Part shown: one piece after another, positions 48,615 through 58,933 of the stretch | Layout of the letters: each line of letters begins with the position of its first letter | Position numbering within the stretch: position 1 is the first letter of the stretch | NCBI GenBank assembly: GCA_016214905.1 | Contig: JACRMQ010000006.1 | Coordinates: 321,008-385,007, forward strand | Reading direction: 5' to 3' | Length of the DNA: 64,000 nucleotides | DNA from: Ignavibacteriales bacterium | GTDB taxonomy: Bacteria > Bacteroidota > Ignavibacteria > UBA10030 > SZUA-254 | Position numbers and translations under genes: made by a program | Notes under the pieces: generated by a model | Told to the model about the DNA's origin: nothing | The model's database searches: none | What the model saw: the letters and a program-made list of their open reading frames with translations, nothing else

Positions 48615-49264
48615 TGAAACTTATCTATCTAAATAAAATATTTCGGATTGCAATTCTAACTTTAATTATCATCTCTAATCTGATGGCTGGAGATGATGCA
48701 GATAAGATTCTACGAAACATACAGAAGAAATACGAATCATGGAATGATGCCACAATTTCGTTTACACAACAAGTGTTATTCGCTGTAACTAAATCGGAGC
48801 AAACGTTTGATGGAAAACTTATTGTAAAAAAAGGGAATAAGTACAGAATTGACCTCGAACAACAATTGATAATCACCGATGGGAAAACCCTTTGGAACGT
48901 TAATAAGACTAACAAACAGGTAATGATCGATAATTACCGTGACGATCCGAAATCGATTACACCCGAAAAAATGTTGACCAATATACCGAAAAATTACAAC
49001 GCGACATTGTTGAATCGCGATGAGGAGGGGGGGGCGGATATTGCGGTTTTAAAATTACTTCCCAAAGAAGAAAGAAGTTCATTCCGTTCGATTAAAATGT
49101 GGGTAGACGAAGATAAGTCGGTATTAAAAAAAATCCAGATAATCGACGCGAGTAAAAACACGATAACTTACACAATCAATAATCTATTCATTAACTCCGG
49201 CTTAAAAGAAAATTCATTTTCATATCAACCACCTGACGGTTATGAAGTGATAGATTTACGGTGA
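48614..49264 (+). CDS. lolA: LolA-like outer-membrane lipoprotein carrier protein
   Basis: 216 aa with signal peptide. The ftsK-lolA adjacency is widely conserved. A LolA fold pattern is present (…FTQQVLFAV…GKLIVKKGNKYRID…). Confidence 0.65.
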   Translation: MKLIYLNKIFRIAILTLIIISNLMAGDDADKILRNIQKKYESWNDATISFTQQVLFAVTKSEQTFDGKLIVKKGNKYRIDLEQQLIITDGKTLWNVNKTNKQVMIDNYRDDPKSITPEKMLTNIPKNYNATLLNRDEEGGADIAVLKLLPKEERSSFRSIKMWVDEDKSVLKKIQIIDASKNTITYTINNLFINSGLKENSFSYQPPDGYEVIDLR

Positions 49265-49291
49265 ATGAACCTCCTATAGAAACAACATTTT

Positions 49292-50338
49292 ATGAATCAA
49301 AAACTGAAGACATATCTGCAATACGGATTTAGTGTAATACTGACCGGAGTGTTTCTTTATTTTGCTTTCAGGGGAACAGACTTTGCTAGTCTGATCGAAA
49401 TTTTATCTCGGGCAAATTACTGGTGGGCATTAGCAATGATTCCCATGTTGGTCATAAGCAATCTTTTCAGAGCATGGCGGTGGGAATACTTATTAAGACC
49501 GGTTAAGAAGGGGATTCGGTACAGAAATCTTTTTTCATCGATGATGGTTGGTTACATGATGAACAACGTTCTACCTCGTGTGGGTGAGCTTGCGCGTCCG
49601 TATGCGATCGGAAAACTCGAAGGTATCTCGCGAAGCTCCGCTCTCGGTACGGTTTTCATCGAACGCATCTTCGATATACTTTCATTCATGGTCGTGATCG
49701 CATTAATTCCGTTATTCTATAGCGGTCCTCTCACACAAGTATTTCCGTGGCTTGAAGAAACGGGTATCTGGTTGACGGTAATCTCATTATTATTTCTTCT
49801 GATCTTCACCTTCTTGATGATGCGCAGAGATTATGTTGAAAAAATGCTCCGATTCATCACGCGCCACATTTCACCTAAAAAGGGTAAGCTCGTAGAACAT
49901 ATCGCGCATTCATTCCTGGATGGATTTTTATTTTTGAAAGAACCGCGGCATTATTTCATGATCGGAATATTGAGCGTTCTAGTCTGGGTGTTTTATATCA
50001 TCATGGTATTTCTTCCGTTCTACGCTTTCGGAATGGTTGAGCAATATTCACTCGATCTCGCCTCCGCATTAGTCGTGCAGGCGATCTCAACAATCGGATT
50101 CATTCTTCCGACTCCGGGCGGAACCGGTTCTTATCATTATTTCACAATTCAAACGCTTACAAAACTTTATAATGTGAATGAAGAAATAGCACGCAGTTAT
50201 GCTACCGTTACCCACGCGATCGGTTTTATCGGGACGATGGCGATAGGAATTTATTATTTTATAAAAGATAAATTACATTTCGGAGAAGTTGCCCGGCGTG
50301 ATATAACAAACGACATGAATTCAACATCCGGCAAATAG
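49292..50338 (+). CDS. Flippase-like / lysylphosphatidylglycerol-synthase-TM-region (UPF0104) membrane protein
   Basis: 348 aa, ~8 TM. LPRVGELARPYAIGKLEGISRSSALGTVFIERIFD matches the PF03706 core. Confidence 0.6.
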   Translation: MNQKLKTYLQYGFSVILTGVFLYFAFRGTDFASLIEILSRANYWWALAMIPMLVISNLFRAWRWEYLLRPVKKGIRYRNLFSSMMVGYMMNNVLPRVGELARPYAIGKLEGISRSSALGTVFIERIFDILSFMVVIALIPLFYSGPLTQVFPWLEETGIWLTVISLLFLLIFTFLMMRRDYVEKMLRFITRHISPKKGKLVEHIAHSFLDGFLFLKEPRHYFMIGILSVLVWVFYIIMVFLPFYAFGMVEQYSLDLASALVVQAISTIGFILPTPGGTGSYHYFTIQTLTKLYNVNEEIARSYATVTHAIGFIGTMAIGIYYFIKDKLHFGEVARRDITNDMNSTSGK

Positions 50339-50392
50339 ACGCGCAAATTTTTAACAATTTAAAACATATTCTCAAACAAAAGGAGATAAATA

Positions 50393-51028
50393 ATGAAATC
50401 AATAATCATCACCGTTGCTGCCATCATCATTGGAGCAGCGACACTTTTTGCACAACAATCGAAAGCTACAAAAATGGATCAACCAAAAGGAAACCCGATC
50501 GTTATCATGAAAACTTCAATGGGCAGCGTTAAAGTTGAATTATTCGAAGACAAAGCGCCGATCACCGTAAAAAACTTTTTAAGTTATGTTGATGAAAAAT
50601 ATTTCAACGGAACTGTTTTTCACAGGGTCATAAAAGGATTTATGATACAAGGCGGCGGTTTCGAAGCCACAGACCCGATAAAGCAGAAACCGACAAAAGC
50701 GCCGATTAAAATTGAATCGGACAACGGTTTGAAAAACGATCGCGGCACTCTAGCTATGGCTCGCACCAACGATCCGAACAGCGCAACCAGCCAATTCTTT
50801 ATCAATGTGGTTGATAACGCGTTCCTCAACTATTCATCAGGAAATCCCGGGTATGCGGTTTTCGGTAAAGTGATTGAAGGAATGGATGTTGTGGATAAAA
50901 TCCGTACAGTGAAGACCGGTAATTTCCCCGCGGTATCTTTATATCAGGGAAAAGAAATTAAACAGCAAATGCAGGATGTACCCGAAACGAAAGTTGTCAT
51001 CGAATCAATTTCCCGCCAGGGGAAATAA
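50393..51028 (+). CDS. Cyclophilin-type peptidyl-prolyl cis-trans isomerase, secreted
   Basis: 211 aa with signal peptide. [33 protein letters not shown] and FFINV cyclophilin motifs are present. Confidence 0.8.
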   Translation: MKSIIITVAAIIIGAATLFAQQSKATKMDQPKGNPIVIMKTSMGSVKVELFEDKAPITVKNFLSYVDEKYFNGTVFHRVIKGFMIQGGGFEATDPIKQKPTKAPIKIESDNGLKNDRGTLAMARTNDPNSATSQFFINVVDNAFLNYSSGNPGYAVFGKVIEGMDVVDKIRTVKTGNFPAVSLYQGKEIKQQMQDVPETKVVIESISRQGK

Positions 51029-51054
51029 TTACCGGTTGATTTATCGGATCGATC

Positions 51055-52089
51055 ATGAGTAAAGCACCGTCAGAGCGATTGAGTCTCAGCGATCTTGAAA
51101 AATTGTTCCGTCAGAAACAATTTGCCCCGATCTATTATTTTTGGGGTGAAGAAGATCTGTTGATCAAACAGGCAATCGATCTGATAATAAAATATTCTCT
51201 CGACGAATCGATAAAAAGTTTCAACCTCGATATAGTCGGGCAAGAAAAAGTGGATGCTAAAGATATTGTTTCTTTGGCATCCGCTTTCCCGATGATGGCA
51301 GATCGCCGTGTTGTTATTATCAAAAATCTCGGATTGGTTGAAAATCAGGAACTTCTGCTGTCGATTATTGATAAGCCGGTGCAATCCACAATTCTTGCAA
51401 TCGCGGGTGAAAAGCTTGATATGCGGTTGAAGCTTTCCAAAGCCATTCAAACGAACGGGGTTGTTGTAGAGTTCAGGCAATTGTACGATAACGAAATCCC
51501 AATTTGGATCAACAAGAAAATATCTGAGCGGGGCAAATCTGCCAACATGGATGCCTGCAATCTGATTCAAACACATGTCGGCAGATCACTGAGGGAAATT
51601 CAAAACGAGATAGATAAGCTGTTCATTTATGTCGGGACGAAACCAACGATAGATTCTGATGATGTCAGCGCGGTTGTAGGTGTATCAAAAAAATATAACA
51701 TCTTCGAGCTCCAAAAAGCGGTGGGAAGAAAAGATATCGCAACCAGTTTAGAAATTTCCGAAAAAATGCTCGATGCCGGCGAATATCCGGTCGGGATGAT
51801 CGTTATGCTCACGAAATATTTCGAGCGGTTATGGACGATTCGCGATTTTATTGAAGGCAAGATGAATAAAGATGAATTGATTAAAACCCTCCGAATGAAT
51901 CCGAGACAGTTACCTTTTTTGGAGGAAGATATTAAGATTGCGCGTTCATTTTCATCATCCGAGATTGAGCGGTGTTTCGCGATATTGCTTGATGTGGATG
52001 AGAAATTAAAAAGTACCGACACGAATCCGAAATTGTTATTCACGATAATGTTGTATAATTTCATCAATAGTAAAATGCTGCTTAGATGA
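51055..52089 (+). CDS. holA: DNA polymerase III delta subunit
   Basis: 344 aa. The N-terminal block IYYFWGEEDLLIKQAIDLI is present and the length is typical. Confidence 0.65.
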   Translation: MSKAPSERLSLSDLEKLFRQKQFAPIYYFWGEEDLLIKQAIDLIIKYSLDESIKSFNLDIVGQEKVDAKDIVSLASAFPMMADRRVVIIKNLGLVENQELLLSIIDKPVQSTILAIAGEKLDMRLKLSKAIQTNGVVVEFRQLYDNEIPIWINKKISERGKSANMDACNLIQTHVGRSLREIQNEIDKLFIYVGTKPTIDSDDVSAVVGVSKKYNIFELQKAVGRKDIATSLEISEKMLDAGEYPVGMIVMLTKYFERLWTIRDFIEGKMNKDELIKTLRMNPRQLPFLEEDIKIARSFSSSEIERCFAILLDVDEKLKSTDTNPKLLFTIMLYNFINSKMLLR

Positions 52090-52129
52090 TCTAAGCAAAA
52101 GCATTCTAAATCATTAATGGAAGTTAAAG

Positions 52130-52789
52130 ATGCCGTTGAACGATAATACAAACGAGGAAGATCTCGAATCCGAGAAACCGGTATATCAGCCGATACTTCA
52201 TAAGCCGGAAAAAGATTATAGCTTAATAAAAAATATTGTCATCGGAGTGGGGATTGTTGCGATAATAGTTGCTGTTATTTTTTTCACATATCAGCAATTG
52301 GTGAAAAGCGATACCGAGATTACAAGACAAGAGATATCGTTAAGCGATAACTCTATAAATTCCTCTGTGCCTGATCAATCGATAACCGAACGGAGTGCGC
52401 CAACCGTCGATACGATTAAACAGCAAATCAAAGATGAAATAAAAGAATCAGTTCCCGAAGAAACTGGGAAGCAAGAAAAACCTGTAATTGCAAAAGAGGA
52501 AGCCAAAGAGCAGATCCATAAAGAAAAACCGGCGGTAGAAAAATCCGGAAGCGATGACGGAGTAGGAAGGTACACAATTTACGTTGCATCGTTCGCAGAA
52601 AAAGCAGGCGCGCGTTCAAAGGCGGGCGAGTGGGAGGAAAACGGTTTTGATGCACGTATTTTAGAGGCACGCGGAAGGTACAGGGTAGCTATCGGGCGAT
52701 TTAAGACCGAAGTTTCCGCGCGGAGATTTGTTTCTGAAAACAGGGAAATTTTCGGAAGCGAGTATTGGGTTTCTAAAACACCGAAGTAG
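52130..52789 (+). CDS. SPOR-domain protein (septal peptidoglycan binding)
   Basis: 219 aa. A TM anchor and E/K-rich linker precede a C-terminal SPOR domain (YTIYVASFAEKAGARSKAGEWEENGFDARI…YRVAIGRFKTEVSARRF). Confidence 0.7.
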   Translation: MPLNDNTNEEDLESEKPVYQPILHKPEKDYSLIKNIVIGVGIVAIIVAVIFFTYQQLVKSDTEITRQEISLSDNSINSSVPDQSITERSAPTVDTIKQQIKDEIKESVPEETGKQEKPVIAKEEAKEQIHKEKPAVEKSGSDDGVGRYTIYVASFAEKAGARSKAGEWEENGFDARILEARGRYRVAIGRFKTEVSARRFVSENREIFGSEYWVSKTPK

Positions 52790-52794
52790 TTTAT

Positions 52795-52851
52795 GTGCGG
52801 CTCACCTCCATTTAAGATTCAAATGTGCAGGTGAGTCGCACTTCCTTTCAT
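52795..52851 (+). terminator. Putative intrinsic terminator hairpin
   Basis: 13-bp stem GTGCGGCTCACCT / AGGTGAGTCGCAC (one G·U) with a 21-nt loop, followed by TTCCTTTCAT. It begins 6 nt after the SPOR gene stop. Confidence 0.4.
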
Positions 52852-53050
52852 CATTATATTACCACCCCTTTCGTCAGTGTTTTACAAAAAGTTCTTTAAT
52901 GTCACTCCCGCATGTTTTAAGCGGGAGTCCAGTGCCCAGATATTAACAGAATTCTGGATTCCCGATAGAAGCATTCGGGAATGACATTGCTTTTTGATTT
53001 TTAGACAGCCTTAGTGATGGGAGGTCAAATTCAAAATGGTAATGCTACCT

Positions 53051-53250
53051 ATCCCGTTCGCAGTTGCGACGATCCCGTTCGCAGGTGCGACGATTCCGTT
53101 AGCAGTTACGACGATCCCGTTCGCAGTTGCAACGATGCTGTTCGCAGTTGCGACGATTCCGTTCGCAGTTACAACGATTCTGTTCGTAGTTACGACAATC
53201 CCGTTCGCAGTTATGACAATCCTGTTCGGGATTGCGACGATCCGACATAG
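53051..53250. repeat. Intergenic tandem array: ~9.5 copies of a 21-bp unit (consensus ATCCCGTTCGCAGTTGCGACG), each with an internal dyad TCGCA-GT-TGCGA
   Basis: Units occur at 53051, 53072, 53093, 53114, 53135, 53156, 53177, 53198 and 53219, with a partial unit at 53240. There are 1-4 substitutions per copy. Because the period is a multiple of 3 and stop-free, all six frames are open. Confidence 0.85.
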
Positions 53251-53720
53251 GATTATGCCCAAAACGATCTGTTTTTGAACAAAGCGATTTTAATCCCTCA
53301 AAATTATGCAATAATTGAGGATGTTAAAAAATGATTGATTTAGGGGGTAATGAAAAACGATGGGAGAAACAAAAGGATTTAAGACCCTCCGAGAAATAAT
53401 AATAAGAAGTTGAGTAGAAAGGCGAAACATAGCTTGACAATAACCGACCAGTTTTGTAATTTGCATAACACGATTTTGATGGGTTGAAACAAGGGAACTT
53501 ACGCTTATGGATTTGGTGGATAGAGAGAATGAATGTTTGTAGTGCGTGAGTATGATGATGAGCTTTTCGAGAAAAGATAAATATAAAACACCTGATGAAA
53601 AATATATGTTACTTAAATCCGATAAATAATGGATAATCTAAAAAAAATAAAAACGCAATATTGCGAAATTACAGATGTTCCGCAGCCATTTGTTCACGAC
53701 TGATAGCGCGAGAAAAATCG

Positions 53721-54938
53721 ATGAACATGATGACAGTTCTCTTAACATTCTTTCTACTCGTTAGTCAAGCGAGTGTTTGCGATGCGCAGTGGGTACAATC
53801 TTCAAACATCAATAGCAGTTTTGTCAGCAGCTTTACCAGCAAGGATGCAGATCTGTTCGCTGGTACGTTTCTGGAAGGAGTATTCTTTTCAACGAGCAGC
53901 GGATCAACTTGGACTGCGGTTAACGATGGCATAACCACTTTGCGCATTCGTAGTCTTGCTGCGAGCTCGATGAATCTCTTCGCTGGAAGTGAAGGCGGAG
54001 GTATCTTTCTGTCAACCAATCACGGCACACAATGGACTTCCATCAATACGGGTCTCACGAATACAAGTGTACGGGAAATAGCCACCAGCGGGGTGAATCT
54101 TTTTGCTGGAACTGATGGCGGGGGAGTCTTTTTCTCCTCGAATACCGGGGCTAACTGGATTCCGGCGAATACAGGTCTTACAAGTCTTTACATCGAGTCG
54201 TTTCTAATTAACGGCACAGATATATTTGCAGGTACTTCCGGCGGTGTATTCCTTTCGACCAACAATGGTACAAGCTGGGTTCCTGTCAATAATGGGCTCA
54301 CCAGTCCCGGTATAAACGCTCTTGCAGTGTCTGGCACGAACCTCTTTGCCGGAACGAATTCTGGGATATTCCTTTCAACCAACGATGGCACAACCTGGAC
54401 TCCGGTTAGTGCAGGATTGACAACGACAAGTATCGAGGCTCTCGCAACATGCGGTACAGACGTTTTTGCTGGCACTTTCGGCGGTGGTGTGTTCCTGTCT
54501 ACTAACAACGGCACGAGTTGGAATGCGGTAAATGCTGGTTTGCCAGCAAATGCAATTATCCTTAGTCTTCTAGTTAGCGACAGTACCCTTCTTGCAGGTA
54601 CTGGTGGCTCTGGCGTTTGGCAGCGGCCCCTGTCGCAAATGATAACCAGTGTTCCAAGAAACGATGAGGCGCCTCTGCAATTTAGGCTCGAACAAAACTA
54701 TCCAAACCCGTTCAACCCAAACACAACAATCATATATCAACTCTCAACACAAAGCCACGTTACACTCAAAGTCTTCGATATACTTGGCAGGGAAGTTGTA
54801 ACGCTTGTAAACGGAATCGAAGAGCCAGGTTACAAATCGGTGCAGTTCGATGCAAGTAAATTATCAAGCGGGATATATTATTACCGACTGCAAGCTGGCA
54901 ACTATATCGAAACAAAAAAATTATTATTAATAAGGTAA
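53721..54938 (+). CDS. T9SS-secreted beta-propeller-like repeat protein (BNR/Ycf48-like 'GG[VI]F.STN.GT.W' repeats) with type A C-terminal sorting domain
   Basis: ATG at 53721 gives signal peptide MNMMTVLLTFFLLVSQASVCDAQ. ~7 repeats follow (GGGIFLSTNHGTQWTSINTGLT, GGVFFSSNTGANWIPANTGLTS, GVFLSTNNGTSWVPVNNGLTS …). The C-terminal LEQNYPNPFNPNTTIIYQL…KVFDILGREVVTL…GIYYYRLQAGNY is a T9SS CTD. Confidence 0.75.
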   Translation: MNMMTVLLTFFLLVSQASVCDAQWVQSSNINSSFVSSFTSKDADLFAGTFLEGVFFSTSSGSTWTAVNDGITTLRIRSLAASSMNLFAGSEGGGIFLSTNHGTQWTSINTGLTNTSVREIATSGVNLFAGTDGGGVFFSSNTGANWIPANTGLTSLYIESFLINGTDIFAGTSGGVFLSTNNGTSWVPVNNGLTSPGINALAVSGTNLFAGTNSGIFLSTNDGTTWTPVSAGLTTTSIEALATCGTDVFAGTFGGGVFLSTNNGTSWNAVNAGLPANAIILSLLVSDSTLLAGTGGSGVWQRPLSQMITSVPRNDEAPLQFRLEQNYPNPFNPNTTIIYQLSTQSHVTLKVFDILGREVVTLVNGIEEPGYKSVQFDASKLSSGIYYYRLQAGNYIETKKLLLIR

Positions 54939-55112
54939 AGAGTAACCGCAGATAACGACAACCAAAATATCTCGATGTAATCCCTTTGGCAAACCATTGC
55001 TTTTTAAATATATTTCGTCGACGGGAAAAACTTCAATGTTTGTCTCCCGCTTTCGGTGAGATCCGCACATCCTGTTTTTCCTGCTCAACGTTAGCCACAA
55101 GCAGGCTTAGGA

Positions 55113-55676
55113 GTGACAATAATGATAATTAGGATAAGAGATATAATCAAAAAAACAGGTTTGGTTGTGTGCCTCCTAATACTTTTAGCTTCATGCAATC
55201 CTGATCACGTGAATGTCGATCCCGGGCCATTGGAGAGCTATACATTTGCCAACAACCAAATACAGATATGGGCTGATAGACGCCACGTTATGATTGACTC
55301 TTCTTTTCACATCATGCAACAGTGCAGACCGTTATACTCAGGAAAGGGTGTCATAGAATTACAATTGCTTGGCGGGGGCAGAACAGTGTTCATTGATTCT
55401 CCTCTCAGTGACACTTTGCCAAACACGGATCAACATAGTACGGTCCCTGTTTTGTTTATTGCAAACAACGATTTTATGCAGTCGTGGACTGTACGGCTCC
55501 ATAGTCCTGGGAATACCAGCTATGGGTTCGAGGGATACGTGAGAATGGATTCCATTTTAATCGGTGCTGGATATTATAGTATTGACTCGGAAGAAGCAAA
55601 GAGCATTGCACCGATCGGACATCGATTTCGTGCGTGGGCTTATACTCATGATATGTTGATCATTGAAACTCCTTGA
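55113..55676 (+). CDS. Hypothetical lipoprotein
   Basis: 187 aa. Signal plus lipobox (LLILLASCNPD). No recognisable domain. Confidence 0.45.
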   Translation: MTIMIIRIRDIIKKTGLVVCLLILLASCNPDHVNVDPGPLESYTFANNQIQIWADRRHVMIDSSFHIMQQCRPLYSGKGVIELQLLGGGRTVFIDSPLSDTLPNTDQHSTVPVLFIANNDFMQSWTVRLHSPGNTSYGFEGYVRMDSILIGAGYYSIDSEEAKSIAPIGHRFRAWAYTHDMLIIETP

Positions 55677-55968
55677 ACAATTTAATAACAGTATACCTGC
55701 GGCTCACAGCATTAGCAACAACATTCCCTTTATGACTAAGATAAATTGTAGGGGTCGGCTCAATATGCCACCTTCAGTGGAAATTGATCACTAATAGTTC
55801 GGCGGTACACTGCGTTGCTACTGCACACGTTTCCGCAACCATTCGTTCTCCTCATAACGCGGAAGATTAATGATGATCATAAAATCTCAAAAATACTTTT
55901 AATCCTTGCGAATCTTGGGGATTCTTCGTATATTATTTCAACATTTTGATACAGAATTGGAGTTTTTA

Positions 55969-56193
55969 ATGAAAAAAGGTATTCATCCCCAATATAAAAA
56001 ATCGGTTGTTTCCTGCGTTTGCGGGTCAACTTTTGAAACACGCTCATCAGCCGGAAACCTGAAAATAGAAATATGCGATAAGTGTCATCCATTCTTCACA
56101 GGCAAACAGAAGCTAATGGATTCTGCCGGACGTGTTGAACGCTTCAACAAGAAGTACGGCAAAAAAACACAAGAGGCGCCCGCAACAGCGTAA
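55969..56193 (+). CDS. rpmE: 50S ribosomal protein L31
   Basis: [64 protein letters not shown] contains the Zn-ribbon CxxC…CxxC. GGAG lies 6 nt upstream of the ATG. The ORF-track start at 55906 is an upstream extension that I reject. Confidence 0.85.
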   Translation: MKKGIHPQYKKSVVSCVCGSTFETRSSAGNLKIEICDKCHPFFTGKQKLMDSAGRVERFNKKYGKKTQEAPATA

Positions 56194-56222
56194 GGGGAAT
56201 TCACATCTCATCACAATTATTA

Positions 56223-56260
56223 AACGGAATTCTGAGGAATCGGGATTCCGTTTTTTCTTT
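56223..56260 (+). terminator. Rho-independent terminator after rpmE
   Basis: AACGGAAT-tctgaggaatcggg-ATTCCGTT followed by TTTTTCTTTT. Confidence 0.6.
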
Positions 56261-56271
56261 TAAGTGATCCT

Positions 56272-57522
56272 ATGCAGATAACTATCTTCGAAGACGAATC
56301 TTATAAAAACTTCCTTCCGCTTGTATACCTCAGACCGGTTTACGATCTGCGGTGCGGCGCATTCACTCTCAGGGAAAAATTTGAGAAATATTTTTCTCCT
56401 CATAAAATTAATTATGATATGAGAGCAGAGTTGTTTCATCTCTATAACCAAAACAACTCCTCTAAAAATATTAATCAAATCCCTAAAGATGATACCTGGT
56501 TTGTTAATGGGAGAGTTGTTGCAAACTCCATACTGAAAAAACATATAGTAAACTTACCTAAAGAAGAAAAAGTTTTAATTAACGGAAAAGATATTGTAGC
56601 GGTATTTCTGAAAAAAGAATCACTGAAACAATTCGATCAAGAAAGTGGTACTCTCAGCAAAAACCGATTTGAGGGTTTGCGGACTGAAAAGGTGGATGTT
56701 GATACAGTATCGTACCCGTGGGATCTGGTTCATAAAACTTCAGATGAAATAATCGCCCATAGTGCTTTTCTCAAGAAAAAGAAAAATAAGATTGAAGGAA
56801 AAGTCAATAGTGGTGTTCATCTTTTGAATCGTAAAGATATATTCATTGGCAAAAATTCCATAATCAAACCGGGCGCAGTACTTGATGCCGAAAAGGGACC
56901 TGTCATCATCGGCAATAATGTAACTGTTATGTCGAATGCTGTTATTGAAGGACCCGCATTTGTGGGCGACAACTCTGTTATAAAGATTGGCGCAAAAATT
57001 TATCACGGCACATCGATAGGCGAATGGTGCAAAGTTGGCGGCGAAGTTGAGGCATCGGTGATTCAATCTTATTCAAACAAACAGCACGAAGGATTTTTAG
57101 GTCATTCTTATTTAGGAAGCTGGGTGAATCTGGGCGCCGATACGAACACAAGCGATTTAAAAAATAACTACAGCACGGTGCGTGTACAAATCGATGGTAA
57201 AACAATTGATTCAGGTCAGCAATTTGTAGGATTGACTATCGGCGATCATTCTAAATCAGGAATCAATATGATGTTCGATACGGGAACGGTTGTCGGTGTT
57301 TCATGTAATTTGTATGGAGCGGGACTTCCGCCTAAATCGATTCCATCTTTCGCGTGGGGCGGTGATAAATCATATCAGGTATATGATATTGAAAAGAGTA
57401 TAGAGACAATGAGAAAAGTAATGGCGCGAAGGAATGTTGTAATGTCGGATCATTATGAAAAACTTGTGAGAGAGATATTTATCAGCACGATGAAAGATAG
57501 AAAGAATTTTGGTTTAAAATGA
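56272..57522 (+). CDS. Putative sugar nucleotidyltransferase-like protein with C-terminal left-handed beta-helix (hexapeptide repeats)
   Basis: 416 aa. The N-terminal MQITIFEDESYKNFLPLVYLRPVYDLRCGAFTLREK resembles a nucleotidyltransferase-like Rossmann start. The C-terminal half has hexapeptide repeats (IIGNNVTVMSNAVIEGPAFVGDNSVIKIGAKIYHGTSIGEWCKVGGEV…). Confidence 0.55.
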   Translation: MQITIFEDESYKNFLPLVYLRPVYDLRCGAFTLREKFEKYFSPHKINYDMRAELFHLYNQNNSSKNINQIPKDDTWFVNGRVVANSILKKHIVNLPKEEKVLINGKDIVAVFLKKESLKQFDQESGTLSKNRFEGLRTEKVDVDTVSYPWDLVHKTSDEIIAHSAFLKKKKNKIEGKVNSGVHLLNRKDIFIGKNSIIKPGAVLDAEKGPVIIGNNVTVMSNAVIEGPAFVGDNSVIKIGAKIYHGTSIGEWCKVGGEVEASVIQSYSNKQHEGFLGHSYLGSWVNLGADTNTSDLKNNYSTVRVQIDGKTIDSGQQFVGLTIGDHSKSGINMMFDTGTVVGVSCNLYGAGLPPKSIPSFAWGGDKSYQVYDIEKSIETMRKVMARRNVVMSDHYEKLVREIFISTMKDRKNFGLK

Positions 57523-58916
57523 ATTCAGAAACTCGGGAATCAGTCAACACCGATCCGCCTGTAGCAGAGATCCAAACGCTGTATGCCGGTCCGCGCGGAA
57601 CTGCTGTAAAAATATTGAATCGGGTTGAACGCACAGATTCTTATTTGGATAAATTATTAGATGTAGAACTTCGATCTAAAGATATATCGGATTTGGATAA
57701 AAGTTTGCTCGCTGAGATTGTGCATGGCGTATTACGTTGGCAGGGGAGATTGGATTGGGTTTTGAACGGATTCACACATGGTAATTTTTCCAAATCCGAG
57801 GTAAACGTGCGAAACGCACTCAGGGTTGCGCTTTACCAAATCTTATTTTTAAATCAGGTTCCGCATTATGCCGCTGTAAATGAAGCAGTCGAATTTATCA
57901 AGCGTATCCGCGGAGATAAATTCTCAGGTTTTGTGAACGCGGTTCTGCGCAACGTCATCAGAACGCTTGATGGAATACATTATCCGAATCCCGATGAAGA
58001 TTTAGCCCAGTATCTCGCGGTTTATTATTCGCATCCTCTCTGGATGGTGAGAAGGTGGCTTCCGCGTTTCGGAAAGGAGGAGGTTGAAAAACTTCTAACG
58101 GCGAATAATGAGATCCCGGGTTTGACGCTGAGAATCAATAAAATGAAAATCACACCCGCCGAATTTTTATCGCTTCTTGAAAAACAAAATGTACAATTTC
58201 AAGGATCAACATATATCGATTATTTTGTAAAAGTTAGAAGTCTTTCCGGAATATCACAAATGAATATTTTTCAGCAAGGATTTTTCACGATACAAGATGA
58301 GAGCGCGGCATTACCTGTTTTGCTTCTTGATCCGCATCCCGGAGAACGGGTGATAGATATGTGCGCTGCCCCCGGCGGTAAAACAACTTTTATCGCAGAG
58401 ACGATGAAAAACGAGGGAGAAATTTTAGCTGTAGATAAATACGATACGAAATTAAACATGTTAAAGATGAGTTGCGAGCGGCTTGGGATTCAAAATGTTC
58501 AACTTCTTGTGGCAGATTCGACAACGATTGACACTCAATTAGCCGACCGGATTTTAGTGGATGCGCCATGTTCGGGATTAGGAACGCTGCGGAAGAAACC
58601 CGATATAAAATGGAAGCGCGAACCTGAAGACATAAAGCGAATGGTACGGCAGCAATACGCGCTCCTGGAAAGCGCGGCGCGCATGTTAAAACCGGGGGGT
58701 GTTCTTGTTTACAGCACATGTACCACGGAACCGGAAGAAAATTCTGAATTAGTGAAATCGTTTATCAATGCCCATCCTGAATTTTCTATTGAATCTGCGA
58801 GTGATTTTGTTAACAAATCTGTCGTGAGCGCAGAAGGATTTATCGAAACAATGCCGCACAGGCACCAGATCGATGGTTCGTTTGCCGCACGGCTTCGGAA
58901 GAAACAATCAGAATAA
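57519..58916 (+). CDS. rsmB: 16S rRNA (cytosine967-C5)-methyltransferase (NusB-like domain + RsmB/Sun MTase)
   Basis: 465 aa. An N-terminal NusB-like domain is followed by SAM motifs VIDMCAAPGGKT and DAPCSGLGT, plus the catalytic Cys context TCT. Confidence 0.8.
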   Translation: MNSETRESVNTDPPVAEIQTLYAGPRGTAVKILNRVERTDSYLDKLLDVELRSKDISDLDKSLLAEIVHGVLRWQGRLDWVLNGFTHGNFSKSEVNVRNALRVALYQILFLNQVPHYAAVNEAVEFIKRIRGDKFSGFVNAVLRNVIRTLDGIHYPNPDEDLAQYLAVYYSHPLWMVRRWLPRFGKEEVEKLLTANNEIPGLTLRINKMKITPAEFLSLLEKQNVQFQGSTYIDYFVKVRSLSGISQMNIFQQGFFTIQDESAALPVLLLDPHPGERVIDMCAAPGGKTTFIAETMKNEGEILAVDKYDTKLNMLKMSCERLGIQNVQLLVADSTTIDTQLADRILVDAPCSGLGTLRKKPDIKWKREPEDIKRMVRQQYALLESAARMLKPGGVLVYSTCTTEPEENSELVKSFINAHPEFSIESASDFVNKSVVSAEGFIETMPHRHQIDGSFAARLRKKQSE

Positions 58917-58933
58917 TAATTAAAGGAAATTTC

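Noticed and set aside
53051-53250. Possible CRISPR array
   Set aside because: The repeats are directly adjacent with no unique spacers, and the unit is only 21 bp. No cas genes are nearby.
53011-53311. Four overlapping ORFs (both strands) across the 21-bp tandem array, encoding heptad-repeat peptides
   Set aside because: Open frames on every strand are the expected artefact of a stop-free repeat whose period is a multiple of three. There is no RBS and no independent coding signal. I kept it as a repeat finding instead.
55906-55968. Upstream 21-codon extension of the rpmE ORF (ORF-track start 55906)
   Set aside because: L31 universally begins MKKGIHP. A GGAG RBS lies 6 nt before the internal ATG at 55969.
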